Program-made: the position numbers and the translations under genes
Assembly (NCBI GenBank): GCA_965221955.1
Contig: CBDCTA010000029.1
Location: forward strand, 480,001-544,000
DNA length: 64,000 bases
Direction: 5' to 3'
Origin: Gammaproteobacteria bacterium
GTDB lineage: Bacteria > Pseudomonadota > Gammaproteobacteria > UBA4575
Notes under the pieces: model-generated
Database searches by the model: none
The model's input: only the letters and a program-made list of their open reading frames with translations
Told to the model about the DNA's origin: nothing
In this document: positions 50,626-60,831 of the stretch, in pieces
How the letters are laid out: every line of letters starts with the position of its first letter
Position numbering within the stretch: the stretch's first letter is position 1

Positions 50626-50978
50626 TTAAGCGATCCAATTAAGCTTTCATTTGGGTCTTGACGGATCTTTTTTAATTCTCTTTTCCAGAGTTTTATATTT
50701 TTAGGGCTTACGCCTTTTTCTACACTGTCTAGCCATTGGTCATGGCAGTTCATGACGAGTTCTAATCCTTCGTCAGTGAAATCTGAAACCTTTATTTCTA
50801 GTGAATGCCAGTCTTCGACTGCTTTGGGTAGTTTGTTTTTATATAAGCTACTTTCAAGTAAAAAACCTAATAATGGCTCATATCTTGATTTGAACTTTTC
50901 AATCGCATCCAGCTTGGAAGCGTCATCCATTTCTTCGTATATGTACCATTTGCACGCATCAATCGTGAATTCTTTCAT
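50622..50978 (-). CDS. Hypothetical protein
   Basis: 118-aa ORF with AAGGA RBS. Confidence 0.7.
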   Translation of the reverse strand: MKEFTIDACKWYIYEEMDDASKLDAIEKFKSRYEPLLGFLLESSLYKNKLPKAVEDWHSLEIKVSDFTDEGLELVMNCHDQWLDSVEKGVSPKNIKLWKRELKKIRQDPNESLIGSLN

Positions 50979-51134
50979 TGAGCATCCTTTGGTTTAGAGT
51001 TCCATTATTATATTTCTAAAAAACGTATTGTTATTTAATATATCTTTTGCATACAAATGTTATGTAAGCATGTCATCTGGATTTATTTACCATTTATCCT
51101 AATTGTTAATATTATTTGGTTTGTATTTAATTTT

Positions 51135-51833
51135 TTACACTTTAACGATCACAGCATTAAAGTATTGTGCATATACCTCAAGCGCACGATCTTTTGCTAA
51201 ACCTAAATGATCGGCGAGTGCTAAATCCATGCCGCGAAAGTTAATGTCATAATCTTTTGTATTAGATTCACTTTTGACAAATAAGGGCGACTCTTTGTTA
51301 TGCAGCAAAAATATTTTCGCAATAGATTGTTCGATAGGTATATCTAGTGATATGTGTCGTAAATCTGAATAATGCTGTTTCGTATGTTCTCTTGCAGCAA
51401 TAGAGATATCATCAAAACGCGCAGCCAATGCATAAGCTTGTTTGCTATCTAACCAAGTTTCTATGTGTTTGCTTTGGAGTTCTAAAATTCTTTCTGCATG
51501 CACACTACCTAATTCGCTGATGGCGTAGACGAAAAAAATGTAAAGCTGATAAAGCTTTATTGCATTTGTGAAAGCAGGAACAAAAGATTTAGGTGTTTCG
51601 TGATCTTCTTGTACGGAGTAATTAAATGGGGTGATGTTTTTAAGTAATAAATCGAGTGGGTAAAATGCTACGCTTTCAATCGTTCTTACTTCGCTATCAA
51701 CATCAACGTTTTGATCAATGTGATATTCCTGTAGGCACAGGCGTGCACTAGATTTCCGATTCGCGACCTCATTAGCGGTGAGCCCCCAGAGGTCTGGAAA
51801 ATCGGTTGAATCGATGGGTAGTGATTGCCCCAA
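51135..51833 (-). CDS. Hypothetical protein
   Basis: 232-aa ORF; TAGGAG RBS before the TTG start. Confidence 0.75.
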   Translation of the reverse strand: MGQSLPIDSTDFPDLWGLTANEVANRKSSARLCLQEYHIDQNVDVDSEVRTIESVAFYPLDLLLKNITPFNYSVQEDHETPKSFVPAFTNAIKLYQLYIFFVYAISELGSVHAERILELQSKHIETWLDSKQAYALAARFDDISIAAREHTKQHYSDLRHISLDIPIEQSIAKIFLLHNKESPLFVKSESNTKDYDINFRGMDLALADHLGLAKDRALEVYAQYFNAVIVKV

Positions 51834-52024
51834 TGGGTGCTCCTAGCGTAAAGATTAGATACAAATACCTATCTTAAGGGGGCTTTCTAAAGGGGCTCTA
51901 CAAACTTGAGATCGCCCGTTGTAAAGCAACGATAGAAGGATATTTGCCTAATCTAAACCACTGACTTTTTAGTGATAATCCAATATTTTTAGTTAATATC
52001 GATTCAAATTGCTAGTAATAAAAA

Positions 52025-52040
52025 TGTGATCTGGTTCGCA
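52025..52040. promoter_or_regulatory. CRP/Vfr box TGTGA-TCTGGT-TCGCA
   Basis: AAATGTGATCTGGTTCGCAATT closely matches AAATGTGATCTAGATCACATTT. Confidence 0.7.
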
Positions 52041-52120
52041 ATTCGCTTTTGTGTGTACAATAGCCATAATATTTAGCACGAGTAGTGCTGAACGACTAAG
52101 CCACAATAAGTAAAATAAAG

Positions 52121-52669
52121 ATGGGCGAATCAAAACAAATCATTTCTGCAGCGTTGCAAACTAATGCTAGTCAAGCATCAATGGCAAAAATAAAAAATGG
52201 CAAAAATGCTGATGAGCAATTAGCGGATGAAGTTAAAAAGCTAGACCAAATCCGTGACATGCTTTTTGGCGAACACGTCGCAGCTTTGCAAGACAAATAT
52301 CAAACACTAGATAAAAATCTTGATCAAAGCATATCTGTTTTGCGCGAAGAGCTTAATACCTCAATTGCAGACTTAAAAAAGCAGGTTGATAAGAGATTTG
52401 ATCAATTGCAAAAGAATTTTCAGGCTGAACAAGTCGATCGTGAGTCACAACATGAAGAGCTAAGCTCTAATCTCGCGTCAATTAATTCAGATATCCTCAC
52501 AAAGATCGATTTGGAAGCAAAAAGAATCGATCAAGCATTCGATGAACAGCAGCAGGAATCCACTCGACAAATGAATGAGATGGTTGATTCATTACAAAAT
52601 GCAAAAGTGGATCGTAAGTCTTTAGCTGCAATATTTAGCCAATTTGCTAAGGAGCTTGAAGGCTCGTAA
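52121..52669 (+). CDS. Coiled-coil protein (IRDMLFG...KVDRKSLA family)
   Basis: Heptad-rich; first gene of a three-gene operon. Confidence 0.8.
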   Translation: MGESKQIISAALQTNASQASMAKIKNGKNADEQLADEVKKLDQIRDMLFGEHVAALQDKYQTLDKNLDQSISVLREELNTSIADLKKQVDKRFDQLQKNFQAEQVDRESQHEELSSNLASINSDILTKIDLEAKRIDQAFDEQQQESTRQMNEMVDSLQNAKVDRKSLAAIFSQFAKELEGS

Positions 52670-52681
52670 GCGAGGTTGTAA

Positions 52682-54487
52682 ATGCCTTCGCATATGGCGA
52701 AAGTCATGTTGCATCAAAACGAAATTGACGGTGAAGTGAGTCTTGGATCAAGTATTGGTTCTGCAGATGATCCCAGTGATCTTGAGCAATTACGCAAATT
52801 ATTATTAGGAAGCGAATATCAAGATCTCTTGAAGCTACAACGTGAATTTTCTGATCATTCACATGCCAGTGAAAAAATCTCGCAAGTTATTTCAGAAGCG
52901 ATAGCAATTCGCTCAAAACAAGATGATTCAATATCAAATGCATTGGTTCCATCATTAGAAACAGCGATACGTGTTTCTGCAAAGCGTAACCCTAAGCGTT
53001 TAGCGAATGCACTGTTCCCTGTGATGGGTCCAGCCATACGTGAATCCGTTGCAGAAACGGTTGGTGCGATGATGCAGCAAGTGAATCAATTGTTAGAAAA
53101 TAGTCTAAGCGCACGTTCGATTAAGTGGCGTATTAACGCATTGCGCACCAATCGCTCTTTTGCGGAGGTGATGCTTTCTGAAACAGTGCTCTACCAAGTA
53201 GAGCAGGTGTTTTTAATTCACCGCGAAACAAGTTTACTCATCAATCACCTTACTTCTGCCAATGCAATTGTCAAAGATCCGGATATGGTGTCAAGTATGC
53301 TTACTGCTGTAACGGATTTTGTGAAAGATTCATTTGTAGTGGATAAGCAACAAAGTGTTAAGTCGATAAAATTTGGACAGCTGAATTTGCTATTCGAGGC
53401 TGGACCACACGCAATCATAGTTGCTGCAGTTCGAGGTTTGATTCCATCTGACTTGCAAATCACTTTGCGCGAGCAGGTGGAAGAGTTGCATCGTTTATAT
53501 GGTAGTCAATTAGAAGATTATGATGGGAATACTGAGCAGTTTCCTGATACGCATGAACAATTAGATAAATGTTTACTAAGTAAGAAAAAAGATGATGCGA
53601 TCAGATCGGTGAGTGAGAATAAAATACCATGGGCAGCCATAATAGCCTTGACTCTGTTAATTCTTTTGCCATTTGTTTGGTGGATATTGAATAAAATTGA
53701 ACAAAATAAATGGAATGAAATTGTTAATCAGTTACAGGCAGAATCTGGAATCGTCATACTGAGTCACCATAAACAGGATGGAGAGTACATTGTTAATGGT
53801 TTGCTTGACCCCTTAGCAAAAGACCCAATGGAGATTATTGCTGCTAAAGAAGATTTTACCAAGGCAGTGCAGCTACAAATGCAATCTTATTATTCTAATG
53901 AGGTGAAGATTGTAAATAAGCGTTTGCATAAAGTATTGAATCCACCCAGCACGGTAAGAACAATTTTTGCCAATGGCCTATTAACAATAGAAGGTGAAGC
54001 CAATCCATCTTGGGTTGCAAGTTTGCCCAATAAACTACCGTTTATCTGGGGAGTAGATCGTGTAGATACGAGCAAATTACGTAAAATTGAGGATATTCAG
54101 CAGAAAATACTGCAACTCATCGGTTCAATTGAGGGCGTTGTAATAGAATATTCCTCAAACTCCACAGCCTTGGCTACGAATGATTTAATATCTATCTCAA
54201 ATATGTTGGATGATATTAATGCGCTTCAGGTGTATACCGCTCAAGCAGGGCATGCGTTCAAACTTGGTATATTAGGATTTGCTGATAAATCAGGATCTGA
54301 TGCAGTAAACAATGAAATTAGTGAGCAGCGTGCAAGAGTAGTGCATGCCGAACTCGTAAAGCGAGGAGTAGCGGAAGATAGCTTGTTGGCTAAAGGTCTA
54401 GGGCGTTATATCAAGCAGGCTGATCAAAATAGAACGCACAACTGTATTACACAACGATGTGTCATATTTGAGGTCTATATAAATTAA
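52682..54487 (+). CDS. Membrane protein: cytoplasmic helical/roadblock-like region, TM, C-terminal OmpA-like domain
   Basis: LRKLLLG, ALFPVMGPAIR, VFLIHRETSLL, one TM, GFADKSG..N..IS..RA OmpA motif. Confidence 0.82.
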   Translation: MPSHMAKVMLHQNEIDGEVSLGSSIGSADDPSDLEQLRKLLLGSEYQDLLKLQREFSDHSHASEKISQVISEAIAIRSKQDDSISNALVPSLETAIRVSAKRNPKRLANALFPVMGPAIRESVAETVGAMMQQVNQLLENSLSARSIKWRINALRTNRSFAEVMLSETVLYQVEQVFLIHRETSLLINHLTSANAIVKDPDMVSSMLTAVTDFVKDSFVVDKQQSVKSIKFGQLNLLFEAGPHAIIVAAVRGLIPSDLQITLREQVEELHRLYGSQLEDYDGNTEQFPDTHEQLDKCLLSKKKDDAIRSVSENKIPWAAIIALTLLILLPFVWWILNKIEQNKWNEIVNQLQAESGIVILSHHKQDGEYIVNGLLDPLAKDPMEIIAAKEDFTKAVQLQMQSYYSNEVKIVNKRLHKVLNPPSTVRTIFANGLLTIEGEANPSWVASLPNKLPFIWGVDRVDTSKLRKIEDIQQKILQLIGSIEGVVIEYSSNSTALATNDLISISNMLDDINALQVYTAQAGHAFKLGILGFADKSGSDAVNNEISEQRARVVHAELVKRGVAEDSLLAKGLGRYIKQADQNRTHNCITQRCVIFEVYIN

Positions 54488-54507
54488 GTTTTATCAAATT
54501 ACTTTGT

Positions 54508-56361
54508 ATGAGCAATTCTAATTTCGAAACATTAGTCTCTTTATACCGAAGACTTGGGATCGTTGTGTTCGAGCAACGACAAGATAAAAGTTTTTGGTTG
54601 ATCTCATCGAAACCCGAATGGTTTTCCATGTTAGCTGATTTGAGTAAAGATTCTAATCAGGGTCAAGTAAGTGCAATTAAATCTAATGCTCTGAATTCTT
54701 TTATTGAAGAAGATGTTCAAAAGATGTGGTCAACTGGGAAAGAGCGAAAAGTTTCTTCCATTTGGATTGAGGCAGATTCGAGCGAAAATAGTATGCCATT
54801 TCAAGCTACGGCTTTGCGCCAAGTAGATAGCATGTTGGTTATTGTTGAACATGTACCTAATGCATATGAGGCGAAACAGTCTCAAGCAAAGCAAATGCGT
54901 GAAAATGATATATTGAAAGGCTTATTAGAAGATAAAAAAGCAGAACAAGCACAAAAAATTGCATCCAGAGAGACCGAGCTTGAACAAGAAATTAGTGAAC
55001 GTCGCGCCTTAGAGAAACAGTTAACTCATTTAGCCTTTCACGATTCCTTGACGGGCTTGCCGAATAGATCCTTGTTTACTGATCGATTGCAAAGAGCGAT
55101 CGCAGAAGCAGAACGAAAAAAAGAATCAGTGGTGGTAATGTTCGTTGACCTGGATGATTTCAAAAAAGTGAATGATTCCTTCGGGCATCATGTGGGTGAC
55201 AAAGTGATTCAGGGTGCTGCTTTGCGTTTAAAGAAATGTTTGCGTGATATTGACTCCATTGCGCGCTTGGGTGGTGATGAATTTACGTTGTTAGTTCCAC
55301 ATATTGGTGAGCGTGAAGATATTGAAGTAATTGCGAGAAGGTTGATTGAATCTTTAGATGAGCCTATTGTTGCCGAGGGCAATGAGTTTCGTATGTCGAT
55401 CAGTATCGGTATTTCGGTATACCCCAATGACGCGAATAATGAAGACAGCTTGCTACGTAATGCTGATACTGCAATGTATTTTGCTAAACACACACGTGGG
55501 CCTAGTTTTAAATTTTATGAACAGGATATGGGCACATCGCCTTCAAAACGTTTGGCGTTGGTGTCTGATATTGAGCTCGCTTTACAGCAAAAAGAATTCT
55601 TCTTGGTATATCAGCCAATTATTGATGTTAGAAAAATGGAAGTTACAGGTGCGGAAGCCTTATTGCGTTGGCGCCGTTCTGATGGAGAAATTTTTGAGCC
55701 GGATAGATTTATACCCCTTGCATGTGAGTCCGATTTAATTATTAAAATTGGATTATGGGTGATTGAACAAAGTTGTACTCAACTTAGAAACTGGCGTGGC
55801 ATCTATGGTGATAAATTTAGAATGAATATTAATTTATCTGTGCGTGAACTAGAGTCTAATATATGTAAAGAAAAGTTGCATACGACCATGGATGCATTGA
55901 ATTTACCTCCAGGGTCTTTAGAGGTTGAAATTACAGACACAGTACCCATCGAAAATTCGAATATTATGCAAACCAATGTAGAGTTTCTAAAGAGCTTGCA
56001 TGTTTCTGCTGCAATTGATCGATTTGGAGAACGTCAAACTTCCTTAAAATCAATTAAAATACTTGGATTGAATGCTATAAAAATTGATCGCTACTTTGTA
56101 AATGGCATTGAGTCTGATCAAGATAGCCATGATGTTTTTAATGGTATTGTTCAATTAAGTTTGAGTTTATCTAAAAATGTTTTAGTTGAAGGCATAGAAA
56201 CAAAAGAGCAGTTAGATGTCATCCAAAGTATGGATGTAGATGAAGCGCAAGGCTTTTTCTTTACTCAACCTTTAGAGTCACACTTTTTTGATCAGTGGAT
56301 GAAAGAGTTTGATAAGAAACAGAAGACCCAGTTAAAAATCGTCAAGCAGAAGAAAGCTTAA
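54508..56361 (+). CDS. GGDEF-EAL protein (intact GGDEF, degenerate EAL)
   Basis: HDSLTGLPNR, RDID I-site, RLGGDEF, EALLRW, but DRFGERQTSL replaces DDFGTGYSSL. Confidence 0.93.
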   Translation: MSNSNFETLVSLYRRLGIVVFEQRQDKSFWLISSKPEWFSMLADLSKDSNQGQVSAIKSNALNSFIEEDVQKMWSTGKERKVSSIWIEADSSENSMPFQATALRQVDSMLVIVEHVPNAYEAKQSQAKQMRENDILKGLLEDKKAEQAQKIASRETELEQEISERRALEKQLTHLAFHDSLTGLPNRSLFTDRLQRAIAEAERKKESVVVMFVDLDDFKKVNDSFGHHVGDKVIQGAALRLKKCLRDIDSIARLGGDEFTLLVPHIGEREDIEVIARRLIESLDEPIVAEGNEFRMSISIGISVYPNDANNEDSLLRNADTAMYFAKHTRGPSFKFYEQDMGTSPSKRLALVSDIELALQQKEFFLVYQPIIDVRKMEVTGAEALLRWRRSDGEIFEPDRFIPLACESDLIIKIGLWVIEQSCTQLRNWRGIYGDKFRMNINLSVRELESNICKEKLHTTMDALNLPPGSLEVEITDTVPIENSNIMQTNVEFLKSLHVSAAIDRFGERQTSLKSIKILGLNAIKIDRYFVNGIESDQDSHDVFNGIVQLSLSLSKNVLVEGIETKEQLDVIQSMDVDEAQGFFFTQPLESHFFDQWMKEFDKKQKTQLKIVKQKKA

Positions 56362-56372
56362 GTAATAATGAA

Positions 56373-57596
56373 TTATGCCGTTGTGTAACGTTCGGCAACG
56401 TATTCTTGAAGGATTGATTTAAATTCTTCTGCAATTTTTTCGCCTTTTAAAGTAGTAAATTTACTACCATCCACATATACAGGTGCAATAGGCGATTCTC
56501 CAGTTCCGGGTAAGCTTATGCCGATATTGGCATGTTTGCTTTCGCCAGGACCATTGACTACACAGCCCATCACCGCTACTTTCATTTCTTCAACACCACT
56601 ATATTGTTGTTTCCAAATTGGCATTTGGTTCTTTAAAAAATTTTCGATATCAGCAGCTAAGTGTTGGAAATATTCGCTGGTAGTCCGGCCACAACCTGGA
56701 CATGAGGTGACTTGAGGAGTAAACGAACGTAGCTCCATCATTTGTAATATTTGCTGTGCGACGATTACTTCTTGGGTGCGGTTGCCGCCCGGTTCTGGTG
56801 TGAGTGAAATGCGAATCGTATCGCCGATGCCTTCTTGTAATAAAATTGAAAGTGCGGCAGTAGAGGCGACAATACCTTTGCTACCCATGCCTGCTTCGGT
56901 AAGACCAAGGTGTAGCGCATAATCACATCTTTTGGCTAAATCACGATAGACACGTATCAGCGCTTGTACTTCACTTAACTTGCAAGAAAGAATTATTTTA
57001 TTGTGGTCTAGACCAATTTTTTCAGCTAAAGCAGCACTTTCTAGTGCTGAGGCAATAATCGCATCATGCATCACTTCCTGTAGTGTTTTGGGTTGTGTGG
57101 ATGTAGAGTTTTCATCTAGCATTCTGGCTAATAAGTCTTGATCAAGACTTCCCCAGTTCACACCTATGCGAACCGGCTTATCATAGTTGCAAGCAATTTC
57201 AATAATTTCAGAAAATTGTTTGTCATGTAACTCGCCACGGCCAACATTGCCAGGGTTAATGCGATATTTGTCTAAAGCTGTTGCGCACTCGGTATATTTA
57301 GAAAGTAAACGTCCACCGTTAAAGTGAAAATCACCAACGATAGGTATATCTATATTTGCCTTATCAAGTTGTTCGCAAATTTTAGGCAGTGCTTGTGCGG
57401 AATCTTTGTTATTCACTGTAACGCGAACGATTTCTGAACCAGCATTTGCCAAGGCAGTAATTTGTTCTACCGTTTTGTTAACATCAGCTGTATCGGTATT
57501 AGTCATGGATTGCACTACAATGGGCGCATGTCCACCTACCATTACATTGCCCACCTGAACAGCAGTGCTATTACGACGAAAATTCATTGAACTCAT
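56373..57596 (-). CDS. ispG: (E)-4-hydroxy-3-methylbut-2-enyl-diphosphate synthase
   Basis: [39 protein letters not shown]. Confidence 0.99.
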   Translation of the reverse strand: MSSMNFRRNSTAVQVGNVMVGGHAPIVVQSMTNTDTADVNKTVEQITALANAGSEIVRVTVNNKDSAQALPKICEQLDKANIDIPIVGDFHFNGGRLLSKYTECATALDKYRINPGNVGRGELHDKQFSEIIEIACNYDKPVRIGVNWGSLDQDLLARMLDENSTSTQPKTLQEVMHDAIIASALESAALAEKIGLDHNKIILSCKLSEVQALIRVYRDLAKRCDYALHLGLTEAGMGSKGIVASTAALSILLQEGIGDTIRISLTPEPGGNRTQEVIVAQQILQMMELRSFTPQVTSCPGCGRTTSEYFQHLAADIENFLKNQMPIWKQQYSGVEEMKVAVMGCVVNGPGESKHANIGISLPGTGESPIAPVYVDGSKFTTLKGEKIAEEFKSILQEYVAERYTTA

Positions 57597-57719
57597 AGTT
57601 CAGTACTACATTAAAGTAGTAATTTATTAAAATGATGCAGAATAGTAACTCATTCAGATCCGGTTGCGGGTAGAATCAGATCAATAAGCGTTAAATAACC
57701 ATATATTTTTTATTAGTAC

Positions 57720-58136
57720 ATGTATTGGCAAGACAAGCTCACTGTGCGGTCCTCAGGTCGAGGTGCATATGAAGTCACACAGAACATTGAACGGATGATT
57801 CGTGACTCAGGAGTGCAACAGGGTTTGTGCCATTTGTTTATTCAGCATACCAGTGCTTCACTAATTATTAGTGAAAATGCTGATCCCGCTGTGCATAAAG
57901 ATCTGGAAACATTTATGTCCAAGCTCAGCCCAGATGGAGATCCTATGTTCACACATCGTGCAGAGGGTGATGATGATATGCCCGCGCATGTTCGTTCAGT
58001 ACTGACGCAAACAGAATTAAATGTACCTATTGCTAAAGGTTCTTCTGGTTTAGGCACTTGGCAGGGGATTTATTTATGGGAGCACCGAACTTCACCTCAT
58101 CAAAGGCAAATTATTGTTACTATTCACGGACAATAA
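57720..58136 (+). CDS. yjbQ: YjbQ/UPF0047 protein
   Basis: HTSASL, ENADP, DDMPAH, LGTWQGIYLWEHR. Confidence 0.95.
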   Translation: MYWQDKLTVRSSGRGAYEVTQNIERMIRDSGVQQGLCHLFIQHTSASLIISENADPAVHKDLETFMSKLSPDGDPMFTHRAEGDDDMPAHVRSVLTQTELNVPIAKGSSGLGTWQGIYLWEHRTSPHQRQIIVTIHGQ

Positions 58137-58181
58137 GTTTGGTCGAAACTTGATCTAAATTTACTAGCTTAAAATTTTATT

Positions 58182-58889
58182 ATGAGTGTATTCGCGGATA
58201 TACGTTGCGTGACTTTCGATTTGGATGACACCTTGTGGCCATGCAAGCCGACTATGATCAATGCAGAGATAGCATTGTATGAATGGTTATCTGAAAATTA
58301 TTCCAAAATCACTGACCAGTATTCACTGGATGATTTGAGAGAACATCGAAAAGACTTTGCGCAAAAAAATTTACATTTAGCGCATGATGTAACCTCTCTA
58401 CGTAGAGAATCATTAGCTGAACTTGCAAATCAATTTCAATATCCACTGCACATGGCAGATAAGGGTTTAGCTCTGTTTAGAAAACATAGAAATCAGATCA
58501 ATTTTTTTGACGATGCATTGCCCACCATTCGTATTCTTGCAAAACATTTTAAAATTGGTGCGATTACAAATGGCAATGCAGATTTAGAAGCAATTGGTGT
58601 CAGAGAACATTTTGATTATGTAGTGACAGCACAAGAAGCTGGTGTTGCCAAGCCAGATAAAAAAATATTTGAATATGCGCAAGAAAAAATTAGTTTTTCG
58701 AGCCATGAATTAGTGTATGTGGGCGATCACCCGACCATTGATATGTTGGGCTCAATTCATAGTGGTTGGAGATCACTTTGGTTTAACCCTGATAAGCAAT
58801 CATGGCCAGAAAGTGAATTACACAAAGATGTTCGACCTGATGCAGAGATACAGGCGCTGAGTCAATTGCCAGAATTATTATGTAATTAA
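58182..58889 (+). CDS. HAD hydrolase (YigB-like)
   Basis: FDLDDTLW, ITNGN, KPD, VGD. Confidence 0.92.
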   Translation: MSVFADIRCVTFDLDDTLWPCKPTMINAEIALYEWLSENYSKITDQYSLDDLREHRKDFAQKNLHLAHDVTSLRRESLAELANQFQYPLHMADKGLALFRKHRNQINFFDDALPTIRILAKHFKIGAITNGNADLEAIGVREHFDYVVTAQEAGVAKPDKKIFEYAQEKISFSSHELVYVGDHPTIDMLGSIHSGWRSLWFNPDKQSWPESELHKDVRPDAEIQALSQLPELLCN

Positions 58890-58914
58890 GAATTTTAAAC
58901 ATAAGGAGAAGGAA

Positions 58915-59250
58915 ATGTCAGAACATGCTCTAGATCTTGAGGAAAGAGTAAGAAAATTGGAACGGATTATGTTTACTGTGCGTATCGCAATTATCGTACT
59001 AGTTGGATTCATGATGTATGACGCATTAGCCCCAGATACCGGTTCAGACATCATTTTTGCGGATAAAATCAAATCCAGGCAGTTTGTGTTGCTAGGGTCT
59101 GGTGATAAACCAGTTGGTTACTGGGATGTTAAAGATAACCATGGTTTTAAGATGTACTCAAAACAGGGCGACCACGTCTTATTAGCGCCAGAGGCACTGA
59201 CTTTTTATCAAGACAAACTGAATCCAGAAGTAAAATCTAAGTACGACTAG
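58915..59250 (+). CDS. Hypothetical single-TM protein
   Basis: AAGGAG RBS; LEERVRKLE followed by a TM segment. Confidence 0.75.
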   Translation: MSEHALDLEERVRKLERIMFTVRIAIIVLVGFMMYDALAPDTGSDIIFADKIKSRQFVLLGSGDKPVGYWDVKDNHGFKMYSKQGDHVLLAPEALTFYQDKLNPEVKSKYD

Positions 59251-59288
59251 TTCGCCAAATAGTTCAAGTATCGGTTACTTAGATCTTT

Positions 59289-60776
59289 TCAGATCTTTTC
59301 GCCGTACTTCTGTTTATGTAATTTTTTAGATTGACTTACCCACTTATCTCGGTTGATACGATCAGGGAAGCTGCCCAGTGTTTCCGCTAACGCTGTGATG
59401 TCATCTTTTGTTAGGCGGCCTAACTGTTCATAGGAGTACACACCAAAGTCATTTAGTTTGCCTTCCATTACAGGGCCGATACCTTTTACAACCTGTAAAT
59501 CATCTTTTACTTTTGCAGCCGCAATTTTTAAGCCTTTTGCGGGTGCCTTTAATCCTGCTGCAGGTTTGTTAACTGTTTTTGGTTTAGCTTTTTTTGCAAC
59601 GGGTTTGGGTCGAGGAGACACCAGCTGAGTTTTAATTTTGTTTTTAAATGCCTCGATTGTATGTTCATGCTCACGCAACATTGATAAATCAAGCTTGGAT
59701 GACTGAAGCTCGCTTTCTAAAGTAGACATTTTAGTTTTATATTCCTGTACTACTGCAGCGCTTGAAGCTTGCGCGCGACTTTCAGCAGTGCGTAGTTGTT
59801 CACGTAAATCATCAATCACTGCGTCTTTTTCTTCACAAGTATCTACAAATACACGTTCTTTTTCGCTGGCCTCAAGTTTTACTTCATTGATCTGTTTGTA
59901 AGTACGGCCTAAAACTGTATTTTTAGATGTGCCAATTAACCGTACTTTATCCATGAAACGGTTAAATTTAGTGTCTTGGCCTGGCTGGTCACCTTCTAAT
60001 GGAGTTAGTTCATGCAAACGGTTACGAAGCTTGCCTAATTCATCCTGATTACGTGAATTCTGCTCTGCTAAATCTTTGTTGCGTAACCTCTGCAATTCGT
60101 CAATTTCTGCTTGAGATTTATTTTGTAATGCATATAAATCAGCTTTTGCCGCGCCAAGTTGTTTTTCTAACTCAGGGTTCAAATGCATGCGGTCTTGTTT
60201 CCATTTGCTTTGGATTTGGCTGATCATGGCATATAGACTTTTTGTATCATTCTCTGATGTGGTGACCTTGTCATTTAGGCTTTGTACTTTTTCGATCATC
60301 TCATCGAGTCGATATTTATAAGACTCTTGATCCGTTACGTGCTTATTAAGACGTTTAATTTTCAGGTTCGCATCAGCATGTAAATCTGAATAATGGCTAG
60401 CAAGATTTTCAAAATCATTACGTTCACTTAGTGTTTGTTGATACATGCTTTGAACTTTTTTAAGCCAAGTTTGATGCGCGGGTAATTGTTTAGCTTTTTC
60501 AAGTGAGGTTTGCCAGCGCGATGTCATCAACATTAGATCGCTACTTTGGCGGTCATATTTGGCTTGTATATCTCCACACTGAGTTTTGTAGGCAACGGTT
60601 TGTTCTTTGGAATCTTCTAATTCACGTGTCTGGAGATTAATTTTGTTTTCTAAATCTTCACGCAATGCATTCATATTACGATTACATGTCCAGCGGCTGA
60701 CAAGCCATCCAACCAATATTCCTAGTGCTGCGGCACCTAATAGGTAAACGAGTAACTCATTTAATAAATAGCTCAT
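59289..60776 (-). CDS. N-terminal TM, long coiled coil, C-terminal helix-hairpin-helix (COG3743-like) protein
   Basis: LLGAAALGILVGW; DDLQVVKGIGPVMEGKLNDFGVYSYEQL...RINRDKWVSQ. Confidence 0.8.
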   Translation of the reverse strand: MSYLLNELLVYLLGAAALGILVGWLVSRWTCNRNMNALREDLENKINLQTRELEDSKEQTVAYKTQCGDIQAKYDRQSSDLMLMTSRWQTSLEKAKQLPAHQTWLKKVQSMYQQTLSERNDFENLASHYSDLHADANLKIKRLNKHVTDQESYKYRLDEMIEKVQSLNDKVTTSENDTKSLYAMISQIQSKWKQDRMHLNPELEKQLGAAKADLYALQNKSQAEIDELQRLRNKDLAEQNSRNQDELGKLRNRLHELTPLEGDQPGQDTKFNRFMDKVRLIGTSKNTVLGRTYKQINEVKLEASEKERVFVDTCEEKDAVIDDLREQLRTAESRAQASSAAVVQEYKTKMSTLESELQSSKLDLSMLREHEHTIEAFKNKIKTQLVSPRPKPVAKKAKPKTVNKPAAGLKAPAKGLKIAAAKVKDDLQVVKGIGPVMEGKLNDFGVYSYEQLGRLTKDDITALAETLGSFPDRINRDKWVSQSKKLHKQKYGEKI

Positions 60777-60831
60777 AGTTATGGTCTCTTGTTGCTTGGG
60801 TTTAATTCCCGATCTTTATTAACGTTAAAAA

